From contig CAZWRV010000010.1 in the NCBI GenBank assembly GCA_964636325.1, forward strand, positions 29,072-93,071: DNA of 64,000 bases, written 5' to 3'. Each line of letters starts with the position of its first letter. The stretch's first letter is position 1. Position numbers and translations under genes: made by a program. Below the pieces are notes generated by a model. The model was not told the DNA's origin and made no database searches. It worked only from the letters and a program-made list of their open reading frames with translations. This document shows, in pieces, positions 45,357-55,152 of this stretch. Origin of the DNA: an uncultured Victivallaceae bacterium (lineage in GTDB: Bacteria; Verrucomicrobiota; Lentisphaeria; Victivallales; GWF2-50-93).

Positions 45357-46562
45357 ATGGGCCGGACTATGAAGGATTTCAAGAAGCTCGAGGAGATGAA
45401 CAGCAGGTTCGTCCTGCAGACCTACGCCTATTCGCCGAAGATCATGTTTGTGAAGGGGCGCGGGGTGCACCTTACCGATTCGGCGGGGAGGAAGTATCTG
45501 GACTTCGCCTCGGGCATAAGCGTATGCAACCTCGGGCACTGCCATCCCGCCGTGACGAAGGCGATAAAGAAACAATGCTCGCGGCTGGTTCACGTCTCCA
45601 ACCTATATTTGAACGACAGGCAGCCGGAGCTGGCGGCGAAGCTGGTGGCGCGCGGATTCGACGGCGCGGCCTTCTTCTGCAACAGCGGCGCCGAGGCCAA
45701 CGAGGGGCTGATAAAGCTCGCCAGGAAATGGGGTTCGGCGTCCGGCAGATATGAGATAATCGCCATGGAGGACTCATTCCACGGCAGGACGCTCGCGACT
45801 CTCGCCGCGACGGGACGTTCGAAATACAGGGATGGATTCCAGCCGGACGTGCCGGGCTTCGTGCACGTGCCGTTCAACGACTTTGACGCGCTGGCTTCAA
45901 AGATAGGGCCGAAGACATGCGCGGTCATCCTCGAACCTGTCCAGGGCGAAGGGGGCGTGATACCGGCGAACCAGGAATATCTCGCGAAGGTCCGGCGGCT
46001 CTGCGACGAGAAGGACATCCTACTCCTATTCGACGAGGTGCAGTGCGGAATGGGACGGACAGGGACTTTCTACGCTTGGCAGGGCTACGGCGTCGAACCG
46101 GACGCGTTCTCGCTTGCCAAGGCACTGGGGAACGGCTTCCCTATCGGCGCTTTCGTGGTCCGGCGCAAGCTTGAGAAGGTGCTCACGGCAGGCACGCACG
46201 CGAGCACCTTCGGCGGGACGGCGCTGGCATGCGCCGCGGCATCAGCGGTGCTGGACGTATTCGACGAGGAGGGGATACTGGACAACTGTGCAAAACAGGG
46301 CAGGTACCTGAAGGAAAAGATGCTCGATCTGGCCTCCCGCTTCAAATGCATCAGGGAGGTCAGGGGCAAGGGCCTGATGATCGGGCTGGTTCTCGACGTG
46401 CCTGCAGGGGATGTCAGAAAGGCGGCCGGCTGCGAAGGGCTCCTCGTGCTCACAGCCGGGGAGAACGTCCTGAGGCTGCTTCCGCCCCTCATTGTAAAGG
46501 CAAAGCACATCGACAGGGCGGCCGCGATACTGGAGAAATGTCTTAAGGGCAACGGAGGCTGA
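45357..46562 (+). CDS. argD: Acetylornithine aminotransferase (class III PLP aminotransferase)
   Basis: DF.SGI.V.NLGH.HP, SGAEANE, the DEVQ.GMGRTG Lys region, and SLAKALGNG. Immediately precedes argF. Start moved from 45207, because the upstream part of the ORF is the Rep-A copy. Confidence 0.88.
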   Translation: MGRTMKDFKKLEEMNSRFVLQTYAYSPKIMFVKGRGVHLTDSAGRKYLDFASGISVCNLGHCHPAVTKAIKKQCSRLVHVSNLYLNDRQPELAAKLVARGFDGAAFFCNSGAEANEGLIKLARKWGSASGRYEIIAMEDSFHGRTLATLAATGRSKYRDGFQPDVPGFVHVPFNDFDALASKIGPKTCAVILEPVQGEGGVIPANQEYLAKVRRLCDEKDILLLFDEVQCGMGRTGTFYAWQGYGVEPDAFSLAKALGNGFPIGAFVVRRKLEKVLTAGTHASTFGGTALACAAASAVLDVFDEEGILDNCAKQGRYLKEKMLDLASRFKCIREVRGKGLMIGLVLDVPAGDVRKAAGCEGLLVLTAGENVLRLLPPLIVKAKHIDRAAAILEKCLKGNGG

Positions 46563-46565
46563 AGC

Positions 46566-47477
46566 ATGCAGAAGGATCTATTGACTGTAGAGGAGATTTC
46601 GCGGCAGGACCTCTCGCGCATTTTCAGGCTCGCCTCGAAGATGAAGGAGCAGCGGTCCTCGTTCCGCAAGAAGCCTCTCGCCGGCAAGAGCGTCGGCATG
46701 ATCTTCTCCAAGTCCTCGACAAGGACGCGCGTGTCCTTCGAGGTCGGCATCAGGGAGCTCGGCGGCTTCAGCATCTTCCTGGACCAGAACGACCTGCAGC
46801 TCGGCCGCGGCGAGACTATCCATGACACGGCGATGGTCCTGAGCAGGTATCTCCACGCGGTGGTCATCCGGACCTTCAAACACGAGGACGTGATGGACTT
46901 CGCGAAGTTCGCGAACATACCCGTGATCAACGCGCTCACCGACAGGTTCCATCCGTGCCAAATCCTCACAGACCTCTTCACGATATACGAATACAGCGAG
47001 AGGCTCGAAGGCATAAAGGTGGCCTACCTGGGCGACTGCGCCAACAACACGTCCAACTCGCTCATCCTGGCCGCCAAGCTGGCCGGCATCGAGCTGAGGC
47101 TGTCGTCGCCCGAGCTCTACAAGCCCGAGAAGTCCATCATGGATAACGACAGCATCGGAAGCGGCAGCGTAACCTGGACTCCCGACCCCGTCAAGGCCGT
47201 CGAGGACGCCGACTATATATACACCGACGTGTGGGTCAGCATGGGCTTCGAAAAGGAGACCAAGCACAGGCTGGTCTCGCTGCGGCCATACCAGGTCAAC
47301 TCCAAGATCGTCGCCGCCGCAGGCCCGGGCGTGCGGATTATGCACTGCCTCCCGGCGCGCAGGGGCGAAGAAATCACGGACGAAGTCCTGGACAGCCACA
47401 ACTCCATCGTCTTCGACCAGGCCGAGAACCGCCTTCATGTCCAGAAGGCTATCCTAACCCTCCTCCTCCAGGAATGA
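46566..47477 (+). CDS. argF: Ornithine carbamoyltransferase
   Basis: STRTRVSFE, HPCQILTD, DVWVSMG, HCLPA. Confidence 0.9.
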   Translation: MQKDLLTVEEISRQDLSRIFRLASKMKEQRSSFRKKPLAGKSVGMIFSKSSTRTRVSFEVGIRELGGFSIFLDQNDLQLGRGETIHDTAMVLSRYLHAVVIRTFKHEDVMDFAKFANIPVINALTDRFHPCQILTDLFTIYEYSERLEGIKVAYLGDCANNTSNSLILAAKLAGIELRLSSPELYKPEKSIMDNDSIGSGSVTWTPDPVKAVEDADYIYTDVWVSMGFEKETKHRLVSLRPYQVNSKIVAAAGPGVRIMHCLPARRGEEITDEVLDSHNSIVFDQAENRLHVQKAILTLLLQE

Positions 47478-47557
47478 CTTAGGGAAGGCGGAGCGCGATT
47501 CAGGAACCGGTGGACAGCAGCATGCGGCCGAGTATGACCATTAAATGAGCAAATTTT

Positions 47558-47653
47558 GGTGGAGTCCAGGTGTCAGTGTTCAGGTGTCAGGAGTATGAAA
47601 AAACTGTCATCTCTCGTTTTTTCTAATTTTGCTGAAACCTGACACCCGACACC
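47558..47653. repeat. Rep-D element, copy 2
   Basis: GGTGGAGTCCAGGTGTCAGTGTTCAGGTGTCAGG ... CTGAAACCTGACACCCGACACC with an AT-rich loop. Ends 94 nt upstream of ATG 47747. Confidence 0.8.
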
Positions 47654-47746
47654 TTGGATGCAAAACTTAGTTTTGCAATTACTTCAGCCAATAACTAATA
47701 ACCAACAACCTCAATTAATATTGCAAAACTTGAGACAGGGGATTGA

Positions 47747-50218
47747 ATGAGCGAAAACAAAGTGATCAGCAAGAAGGATTTGAAGGATTTGTTCATACGC
47801 CATCTGGTCAGGTCTCTCGCGAAGAGGCCGGACCGTGCCACGAACCTGGACCGCTACCAGGCGCTGGCGCTGGCGGTGCGCGACCTGATGGTCGAAAGAT
47901 GGATACAGACCCAGGTCGTCTACGAGGACGTGGTGCCGCGGTGCATATGCTACATATCTCTCGAATACATGATGGGGCGCGCGCTTGGCAACACGATGAT
48001 CAACCTCGGCATCTACAAGACCGCCGAGGAGATGGTAAAGGATCTCGGGTTCGACATCGGGGAGTTCGAGGACATGGAGATTGACGCGGGGCTGGGCAAC
48101 GGCGGCCTAGGGAGGCTCGCCGCCTGCTACCTGGACTCGATGGCGACGATGGATCTGCCGGCGCTCGGCTACGGCATCCGCTACGACTACGGGATTTTCC
48201 GCCAGAGGATCGAGGAGGGCTACCAGATCGAGGAGCCCGACAGCTGGCTGCGCCAGGGCAACCCATGGGAGGTTCGCCGTCCCGACAGGGCCCGCATCGT
48301 GCAGTTCTACGGACGGACCGTCAAGGGCCGCAGCGGCAGGAAGTTCCAGAAGGACTGGGTCGACACGCAGAAGGTGCAGGCCATGCCCTTCGACACGCCC
48401 ATCCCCGGCTACGGGACCAACAACGTGAACACCCTCAGGCTGTGGACTGCAAGGTCTCTCTACGAGATCAACCTGAGCAGCTTCAACAGCGGCGACTACG
48501 TGAACGCCAACCTCGACGCCACGCTGACAGAGAACATAACCAAGATCCTATATCCGAACGACAACAACTACGAGGGAAAGGAGCTGCGCCTCAAGCAGCA
48601 GTATTTCCTCGTGTCCGCCACCCTCCAGGACATCATACACAGGTTCAAGATGGGCGGCGGAAAGATAAGCAAGTTCGACGAGAAGATCGCCATACAGCTC
48701 AACGACACGCATCCGGCCCTCGCAATACCCGAGCTCATGAGGCTGCTCGTGGACGAGGAGGGGCTGGAGTGGGACGAGGCCTGGCAGATCTGCGTCAAGA
48801 CCTTCGCCTACACCAACCATACCCTCATGAGCGAGGCACTGGAAAAATGGCCGATCCCCATGATGCAGAAGCTGCTGCCCCGCCATGTCGAGATCATCTA
48901 CGACATCAACGAGCAGTTCCTCCGCAGGATAGCCAACAAGTATCCCGGCGACCTGGAACGACTCGGCCGCATGTCAATCATCGAGGAGGGCGACGGCAAG
49001 CAGGCCAGGATGGCGTATCTGGCCGTCGTCGGCAGCGGCAGGATCAACGGTGTCGCCGAACTGCACACCGAACTTCTCAAGAAGGGCCTATTCAAGGACT
49101 TCTACGACTACTACCCATACAAGTTCGTCAATGTCACCAACGGGATCACCCCGAGGCGCTGGCTGCTCCAGGCCAACCCGGAACTCGCCGCCCTCGTAAC
49201 CTCGCAGATCGGCGGTGGATGGATCAAGAACCTGGACGAGCTCAAGAAGATACAGGCCCTATGTGACGACGAGGCATTCCAGAGGAAGGCCGACAAGATA
49301 AAGCTGGAAAACAAGGCCCGCCTCGCCGCATACGTCAAGGAAAGCCTCGGCGTGAAGCTGGATCCCGCCTCCATATTCGACGTGCAGGTCAAGAGGCTCC
49401 ACGAATACAAGCGGCAGCTCCTCAACATCCTGCATATCATAGCATTGTACATGGATCTCAAGCAGGGCCAGTCGTCCTCGAAGGTTCCCCCTAGGACATT
49501 CATATTCGGCGCGAAGGCCGCACCCGGATACTACATGGCGAAGATGATCATCAAGCTCATCAATTCCGTAGCGGACGTCATCAACAGCGACGAGGACATA
49601 GACAACAGGCTTAAGGTCGTCTTCATCCCCAACTACGGGGTCTCGCTCGCCGAAAAGATAATTCCGGCCGCGGACGTGTCAGAGCAGATCTCACTTGCGG
49701 GGACGGAGGCGTCCGGAACGGGCAACATGAAGTTCGCGCTCAACGGCGCGCTGACCATCGGTACCATGGACGGCGCCAACATCGAGATTTGCGACGCCGT
49801 GGGAGAGGACAACATATTCATCTTCGGAATGCGCGTCGACGAGGTCAACGCCCTCCGGGCGCGCGGTTACAGGCCGGACGACTTCCTCGACAAGATACCG
49901 GCCCTCAAACGAGCCATCGAACTCATCAAGTGCGGATTCTTCGCCCCGGACACCCCGGCACTCTTCAATCCGATAATAGAAAGCATGAAGACCGACTACT
50001 ACATGTGCTGCGCCGATTTCGAGTCGTATTGTCTCCGGCAGAAGGACGTGGAGAAGACTTTCGTGGACCGCAAGGCATGGATGAGGAAGTCCATCATCAA
50101 CATCGCAAACATGGGCAGGTTTTCCAGCGACAGGGCGATCGGCGAATACGCATCTAAAATTTGGAAGCTCAAGCCGCTCCCGGTCAACGGCCACGGCAAC
50201 GGAGTCACATGGAACTGA
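47747..50218 (+). CDS. glgP: Glycogen/alpha-glucan phosphorylase
   Basis: 823 aa. GLGNGGLGRLAAC and the PLP-Lys region EASGTGNMKFALNGALTIGTMDGANIEI. Confidence 0.95.
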   Translation: MSENKVISKKDLKDLFIRHLVRSLAKRPDRATNLDRYQALALAVRDLMVERWIQTQVVYEDVVPRCICYISLEYMMGRALGNTMINLGIYKTAEEMVKDLGFDIGEFEDMEIDAGLGNGGLGRLAACYLDSMATMDLPALGYGIRYDYGIFRQRIEEGYQIEEPDSWLRQGNPWEVRRPDRARIVQFYGRTVKGRSGRKFQKDWVDTQKVQAMPFDTPIPGYGTNNVNTLRLWTARSLYEINLSSFNSGDYVNANLDATLTENITKILYPNDNNYEGKELRLKQQYFLVSATLQDIIHRFKMGGGKISKFDEKIAIQLNDTHPALAIPELMRLLVDEEGLEWDEAWQICVKTFAYTNHTLMSEALEKWPIPMMQKLLPRHVEIIYDINEQFLRRIANKYPGDLERLGRMSIIEEGDGKQARMAYLAVVGSGRINGVAELHTELLKKGLFKDFYDYYPYKFVNVTNGITPRRWLLQANPELAALVTSQIGGGWIKNLDELKKIQALCDDEAFQRKADKIKLENKARLAAYVKESLGVKLDPASIFDVQVKRLHEYKRQLLNILHIIALYMDLKQGQSSSKVPPRTFIFGAKAAPGYYMAKMIIKLINSVADVINSDEDIDNRLKVVFIPNYGVSLAEKIIPAADVSEQISLAGTEASGTGNMKFALNGALTIGTMDGANIEICDAVGEDNIFIFGMRVDEVNALRARGYRPDDFLDKIPALKRAIELIKCGFFAPDTPALFNPIIESMKTDYYMCCADFESYCLRQKDVEKTFVDRKAWMRKSIINIANMGRFSSDRAIGEYASKIWKLKPLPVNGHGNGVTWN

Positions 50219-50664
50219 ACAAGATGAACAACTCCGACACACCACCAAGGAAGAAGATAATATACCTGAGCGGGCCGATCATGGACGAGCACGAGGGCGC
50301 GGCCAGGGCCTGGCGAGAAGAGGCCGCAAGGCTTCTCAGGCCCGGCTTCAGGCTCCTCGACCCGATGCGCCGCAAGTTCAAGGACAGGGAGGTAGACAGC
50401 GCCAACGAGATCGTGGAGTTCGACCTCCAGGACGTCCGCGACGCCGACATCATCCTCGTCAACTATTCCAAGGCCAGCATCGGCACCAGCATGGAGATAT
50501 TCTACGCCTCATACGACCTGGGGAAGTTCGTCGTCGCATTCTCCCCCTTCACGTTCAAGGACTGCAGCCCGTGGATGGTCCGCTTCTGCACCAAGATCCT
50601 CCCCTCCCTCGAGGACGCTTGCGAATACATCAAGACCCATTTCGGCGGCCCGGACGAGAGATAG
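50209..50664 (+). CDS. Nucleoside 2-deoxyribosyltransferase-like protein
   Basis: IYLSGPI, DADIILVN and GTSMEIFYA (catalytic Glu context). ATG 50209 overlaps the glgP 3' end by 10 nt. Alternative ATG at 50224. Confidence 0.65.
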   Translation: MELNKMNNSDTPPRKKIIYLSGPIMDEHEGAARAWREEAARLLRPGFRLLDPMRRKFKDREVDSANEIVEFDLQDVRDADIILVNYSKASIGTSMEIFYASYDLGKFVVAFSPFTFKDCSPWMVRFCTKILPSLEDACEYIKTHFGGPDER

Positions 50665-50785
50665 ACGGCAATTATCAATGATCAATTAACAATCTTCAAT
50701 GGGATGAGGTTCGAGTATCGGCAGTTCGAAATTTCCTGTTGCACATCGGATATGCGATTTTTCCCAATAGGGCCAATTTCAAGAT

Positions 50786-50859
50786 GCGGTTGAGCACGGC
50801 TCAACCCTCCGCAGTTTGTTCATCTTCAGTGCGCGGAGGGCGAAGCCGGGCTGAGCCGC
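50786..50859. repeat. Rep-F hairpin, second locus
   Basis: GCGGTTGAGCACGGCTCAACCCTCCGC ... GCGGAGGGCGAAGCCGGGCTGAGCCGC (27-nt imperfect inverted arms). Related to 5562-5642 in the opposite arm order. Confidence 0.7.
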
Positions 50860-50893
50860 ATTCTGAGTTTAAATTATCTCAAAGGACTGACTT

Positions 50894-51337
50894 ATGGATA
50901 AGGCTGTCGTCAAAGTAAAGATGCTCGAAGGGACGGACGATCTCAGGCCGGCGAAGGCGCACCACGACGACGCGGCCTTCGACCTCCGCGCCCGCGTAGA
51001 CATGGATCTCAGCCCCGGCGAGCCGCACCTGGTTCCGACCGGCGTCTTCATGGAGCTCCCTATCGGCTACGAGGCGCAGGTGCGCCCGCGCAGCGGCCTC
51101 GCACTCAAGCACGCGCTCACCGTCCTCAACTCCCCGGGCACCATCGACGCAGGTTACCGCGGCGAAGTGTCCGTCATCCTCCTCAACGCCGGCAAAAGCC
51201 CGTATTCCGTCAAGAGGGGCGACCGTATCGCGCAGATGGTCATCAGCAAACTGCCCGACGTCGACATGGTCTTCACCGACTCCCTCGCCGAATCCAAGCG
51301 CGGAACCGGGGGGTTCGGAAGCACAGGGAAGAAGTGA
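50894..51337 (+). CDS. dut: dUTP diphosphatase
   Basis: AAFDL.A, PRSG, GTIDAGYRGE and RGTGGFGSTG motifs. Confidence 0.92.
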   Translation: MDKAVVKVKMLEGTDDLRPAKAHHDDAAFDLRARVDMDLSPGEPHLVPTGVFMELPIGYEAQVRPRSGLALKHALTVLNSPGTIDAGYRGEVSVILLNAGKSPYSVKRGDRIAQMVISKLPDVDMVFTDSLAESKRGTGGFGSTGKK

Positions 51338-51386
51338 GTAACGAAAGCGCCACCCCTGGGAGCGCCGAGCACCAGCTCGGCTATAT

Positions 51387-51641
51387 ATGCTCCTTTATGC
51401 TGAAAATTTTCAGCCTAAAGGAGTATACCTTCCCGATAAGCGCGGCGAGTCCATGCAGATAATCGAGGAGGCAGTACGCCTTCACGATGTCGAGTTTGAA
51501 CTCCGTATCGGGAACAGGAAGCCTCGCGAAGCATATCTTGCGCCCTACAGGAAAAGGCTTGAATGCGCCGTCTCCGGGAACTATCTGCGTATTCGCATTC
51601 CGGAACTTGACGGCTATGCCGTGGCCGTGGTGGAGTTCTGA
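51387..51641 (+). CDS. Possible small ORF or gene remnant (weak)
   Basis: 84-codon ORF whose end (GNYLRIRIPELDGYAVAVVEF) looks like the last beta-strands of a glycoside-hydrolase C-terminal sandwich. Its first codons lie inside a hairpin (51388-51421), and an antisense ORF of similar length exists. Confidence 0.25.
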   Translation: MLLYAENFQPKGVYLPDKRGESMQIIEEAVRLHDVEFELRIGNRKPREAYLAPYRKRLECAVSGNYLRIRIPELDGYAVAVVEF

Positions 51642-51733
51642 GCGTCCCATCATTGAATTTTCGACGAACTCTGATACTTTGACGCGCTGACACTCTGACA
51701 CTTTACTTACGGCTCCGCCGGACAGGAGATACC

Positions 51734-52885
51734 ATGAAGAACAGCTACAGATGGAAGGAGATGAGGGAGAAGAAGGCCTTTCTGGCGCTCGAGGACGGGA
51801 CTGTGCTGCGCGGATATTCCGTGGGCGCGCCCGTCGACAGGGAGGGCGAGGTCGTATTCAACACGGGAATGGCCGGCTACCAGGAAATCCTGAGCGATCC
51901 GTCATACGCCGGACAGTTCGTGACCATGACATATCCTGAGATCGGGAGCTACGGCGTGAACGTGGAGGACATGGAGTCGCGCCAGCTTTTCCTAAACGGA
52001 TTCATAATCCACGAACCCAACGAGGAAAGCTGCTGGCGTTCGACCGAGCCTCTTCTGTCGATGCTCAAGAAGGCGCACATCCCGTGCATCGCCGGGATAG
52101 ACACGCGCGCACTGACCAGCAAGCTGAGGAACACCGGCACCTTGAAAGGGTTCATGTGCTGCACCGGCAGGCTCGAACCCGCCAAGGCGGTTGCAAGGGC
52201 GAAGTCGTGGGAAGGCCTGGACAACCAGGACTACGCCGCCAAGGTCTCCTGCAGGAAGCCATACAAGTGGGATCCGGACGGCAAGCTGTCCTCCTCATGG
52301 GGCATAGCCGACAAGCTGCCGCCGCTCAAGTTCAAGGTCGCCGCATACGACTTCGGCATCAAATGGAACATTCTGAGGTCCATGCGCCTGCACGGGATGG
52401 ACGTGAAGGTCTATCCCGCCAAGACCAAACCTCAGGATATCCTGAAGACTAAGCCGGACGGCGTCTTCTTCTCCAACGGGCCCGCGGATCCGGCGGCTGT
52501 CTCATACGCCATCGACGCCGCCAAAAAATTGATCGGCAAGGTTCCGGTGATGGGCATCTGCCTCGGACACCAGCTGCTCGGGATAGCATGCGGCGGCAGG
52601 ACATACAGGCTGAAGTTCGGCCACCACGGCTGCAACCACCCCGTCAAGAATCTGGAGACGGGCAAAATCGAAATCACCTCCCAGAACCACAACTTCGCCG
52701 TGGCTGAAAAAGACATGCCCTCCTGCCTTGAGGTAACTCACGTCAACCTCAACGACATGACCGTCGAAGGCTTCAGGCACAGATCCGAGCCGATGTTCGC
52801 GGTGCAGTACCACCCCGAGGCGGCCCCCGGCCCGCACGACCCCTTCTACCTCTTCGGCAGTTTCAAGGAGCTGATGTCGCGCTGA
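51734..52885 (+). CDS. carA: Carbamoyl-phosphate synthase small (glutaminase) subunit
   Basis: LALEDGTVLRG, TYPEIGSYG, the GATase triad GICLGHQLL, and HHG.NHPV. Alternative start at ATG 51761. Confidence 0.93.
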   Translation: MKNSYRWKEMREKKAFLALEDGTVLRGYSVGAPVDREGEVVFNTGMAGYQEILSDPSYAGQFVTMTYPEIGSYGVNVEDMESRQLFLNGFIIHEPNEESCWRSTEPLLSMLKKAHIPCIAGIDTRALTSKLRNTGTLKGFMCCTGRLEPAKAVARAKSWEGLDNQDYAAKVSCRKPYKWDPDGKLSSSWGIADKLPPLKFKVAAYDFGIKWNILRSMRLHGMDVKVYPAKTKPQDILKTKPDGVFFSNGPADPAAVSYAIDAAKKLIGKVPVMGICLGHQLLGIACGGRTYRLKFGHHGCNHPVKNLETGKIEITSQNHNFAVAEKDMPSCLEVTHVNLNDMTVEGFRHRSEPMFAVQYHPEAAPGPHDPFYLFGSFKELMSR

Positions 52886-52909
52886 TGGAAACATGAAACT
52901 GTCTTTCAA

Positions 52910-55108
52910 ATGCACTCCCTGCGCGCACTTCTGAATTCCTGCCCGTCTCTTCCGATAGCCTGCGGGGTGCTGTCGGGGATATTGCCGTATGCGACCGCCC
53001 CCGGCGGTTTCAGATGGCAGCCTCTCATGTTCACCGCCGCCGGGCTGAGCTTCCTGGCATTCTTTTCCCGAAAGGATGCGCTGAAATTCGCCGCAGGAGC
53101 CATTCTCTCCTGGCTGCTTACGCTTCACTGCCTTAACCCCTCCGCTGCGAATTTCGCGGCGATGATTCCGGGCTCCGCCTGCGGCGCTGAGATCGAGGCG
53201 GTCGTACGGGACGCAGGCTGCGCCGACGAGAAGCTCCTCTGGCTGGCGCCTCCCGCGGGGGTCATGGCGGAAGTCTCAAGGATGCGGTATGCGGACTCGA
53301 GCACTTGGATGGACGTCTCCGGCAGGACCATCTTATTCCTGCCCAGGGGCGCGCCGCATCCGTCATACGGGCGCAAGTTCAGTATGGAAGGCGCCTTCAT
53401 GGAACCCGACACGGCTCTTTTCCCCGGCGACTTCAACTACAGAAACTATCTGCTCGCCAACGGTATACGCATGATATTCAGGGCGGAGAAATGCGAGGCC
53501 GCCGGAACCTCTCCCGGCCCTGTAGGCCATGCACTCCGCATCAGGGATTTCCTTCTCGGGAAGATGACGGAATATGTATCGGACGACGGCAACAAGGCGC
53601 TCCTTGCCGGCATATTCTTCGGATGCAGGCAGGGTTCGGGAGGTGAAAACCGCCGGATATTCCTGCTCAGCGGGACGATACACATAATGGCGGTCAGCGG
53701 CTTCAACATAGGGATGCTCGCGGTGCTCTTCTTCTGGCTCCTGCGATGGATGCCGTTCACCTCCAGGCACCTGGCGGTTCCGTTCCTGCTCATGGCGTAT
53801 GTGGTGATGACAGGAATGCAGCCGTCGGCGGTCAGGGCGCTGATGATGATCGGAATATGGTCGTTCCAAAGGGCCTTCTTCTACCATACGTCGCCTCTCA
53901 ACGCGGTCTTCCTGGCGGCCTCGCTGATCATGCTATGGAACCCCATGGCGGTTCTCGACTCGGGCTTCCAGTTCTCGTTCATCGTCACCGGCTTCCTCAT
54001 AGTCTCATGGAGGAACGCGCTTGAGTGGCTTGGCTTCTTCGCGGAGAGGACACGATGGGTTCCATGGAAATGCCTCTCCACTCAGGAGATACTGAAGCTC
54101 AAGCTGTCGCGGCTCTTCCTTTCAGCACTCTTCACGACCGTATGCGCTTGGCTGGCCAGCGCCGGCCTGAGCCTTTACAACCAGGGGATATTCATCCCGG
54201 AGGCGCTGCTGAGCAACTTCGCCATCGTTCCGTCGGTGTGGATGATATTCACGCTTGCGATGGCGGACGCGCTGCTGTTCTGGCTGCCGTGGATATCTCC
54301 GCTGCTCGGATCTATGATGGAGCTTCTGCTGTCGTTCACAAAGGAGGCCTGCGTCCTGACAGCCGGACTTGACACACGCAAGTTCCTCCCCCAGCCGGGT
54401 GTTATCAGCGTACTGCTGTTCTACGCTTCCCTGGCGGCCGCGGCCGGCGCCAGAAGCATGCGTGTTTTAACGGCCTCCGTCATCCTGCTCGGAGCGGTGA
54501 TCTGCTCATGGTATTTGCAGACGGCGTTCCGAAAACCTTCCGTGGCCGTGGTCTACGGCGGCGACGCCGGAATCCCATGCATCGCCATATATCCCCCCAG
54601 CGGTGGTGCGGCCGCCGTCGCAAACATCCCGTCCAAGGCCGCCGCCCGCGCCGTCGTCAACAGCGCCCTGAGAAGAGGCATAGCCGAGGTAGGGACACTT
54701 GCGATCGCCGGAGCATCGAAGGAATACTGCGCCGGCGCGCCAGCCCTCTTTTCAGGGCTCGAAACGAGGATGCTGCTGTTGCCCGAATCATATAGGAGAA
54801 GCGCGTCATGCCGCCGGACGGCGGATCTTGCCTTCGAGGAGTCCTGTGAGACTCGGCTGATTCCGCAGAAGTCCGACGGCACATATGCCACGCCTGAATA
54901 CGCCTGCGGAGCTTCCGTGGCGTCCAAGCCCGGCTGCTTTTCAATCTCATACAAGAAACACAGCTTTGCGGCGTCGGTAAAATGTAACACGGAAAGTTCC
55001 GGGATATGCAATATCGAAATTGAAAGTCCGGGAAGCGCGAATATCAGTATTGAACTTAAGCCCTCGAACAGAATGCTCTTCAAGGAAGTCGGCCTGGGGG
55101 GGCGCTGA
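52910..55108 (+). CDS. comEC: ComEC/Rec2-family competence membrane protein (no obvious C-terminal metallo-beta-lactamase motif seen)
   Basis: Polytopic, with the DUF4131-like N-terminus and the core block LLSGTIHIMAVSGFNIGML typical of ComEC. Confidence 0.8.
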   Translation: MHSLRALLNSCPSLPIACGVLSGILPYATAPGGFRWQPLMFTAAGLSFLAFFSRKDALKFAAGAILSWLLTLHCLNPSAANFAAMIPGSACGAEIEAVVRDAGCADEKLLWLAPPAGVMAEVSRMRYADSSTWMDVSGRTILFLPRGAPHPSYGRKFSMEGAFMEPDTALFPGDFNYRNYLLANGIRMIFRAEKCEAAGTSPGPVGHALRIRDFLLGKMTEYVSDDGNKALLAGIFFGCRQGSGGENRRIFLLSGTIHIMAVSGFNIGMLAVLFFWLLRWMPFTSRHLAVPFLLMAYVVMTGMQPSAVRALMMIGIWSFQRAFFYHTSPLNAVFLAASLIMLWNPMAVLDSGFQFSFIVTGFLIVSWRNALEWLGFFAERTRWVPWKCLSTQEILKLKLSRLFLSALFTTVCAWLASAGLSLYNQGIFIPEALLSNFAIVPSVWMIFTLAMADALLFWLPWISPLLGSMMELLLSFTKEACVLTAGLDTRKFLPQPGVISVLLFYASLAAAAGARSMRVLTASVILLGAVICSWYLQTAFRKPSVAVVYGGDAGIPCIAIYPPSGGAAAVANIPSKAAARAVVNSALRRGIAEVGTLAIAGASKEYCAGAPALFSGLETRMLLLPESYRRSASCRRTADLAFEESCETRLIPQKSDGTYATPEYACGASVASKPGCFSISYKKHSFAASVKCNTESSGICNIEIESPGSANISIELKPSNRMLFKEVGLGGR

Positions 55109-55111
55109 AGA

Positions 55112-55152
55112 GTAAACATTCAGTGAAAGGGCGCAGTTCACTGAATATTTAC
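55112..55152. repeat. Rep-C hairpin, copy 3
   Basis: GTAAACATTCAGTGAAAGGGCGCAGTTCACTGAATATTTAC, starting 4 nt after the comEC stop. Confidence 0.8.

Noticed and set aside
4087-55152. Considered whether the many intergenic repeats form a CRISPR array.
   Set aside because: The copies are dispersed kilobases apart. They are palindromic, 34-130 bp or longer, and belong to at least six different families. Nowhere are there regularly spaced direct repeats with unique spacers, and no cas genes are present.
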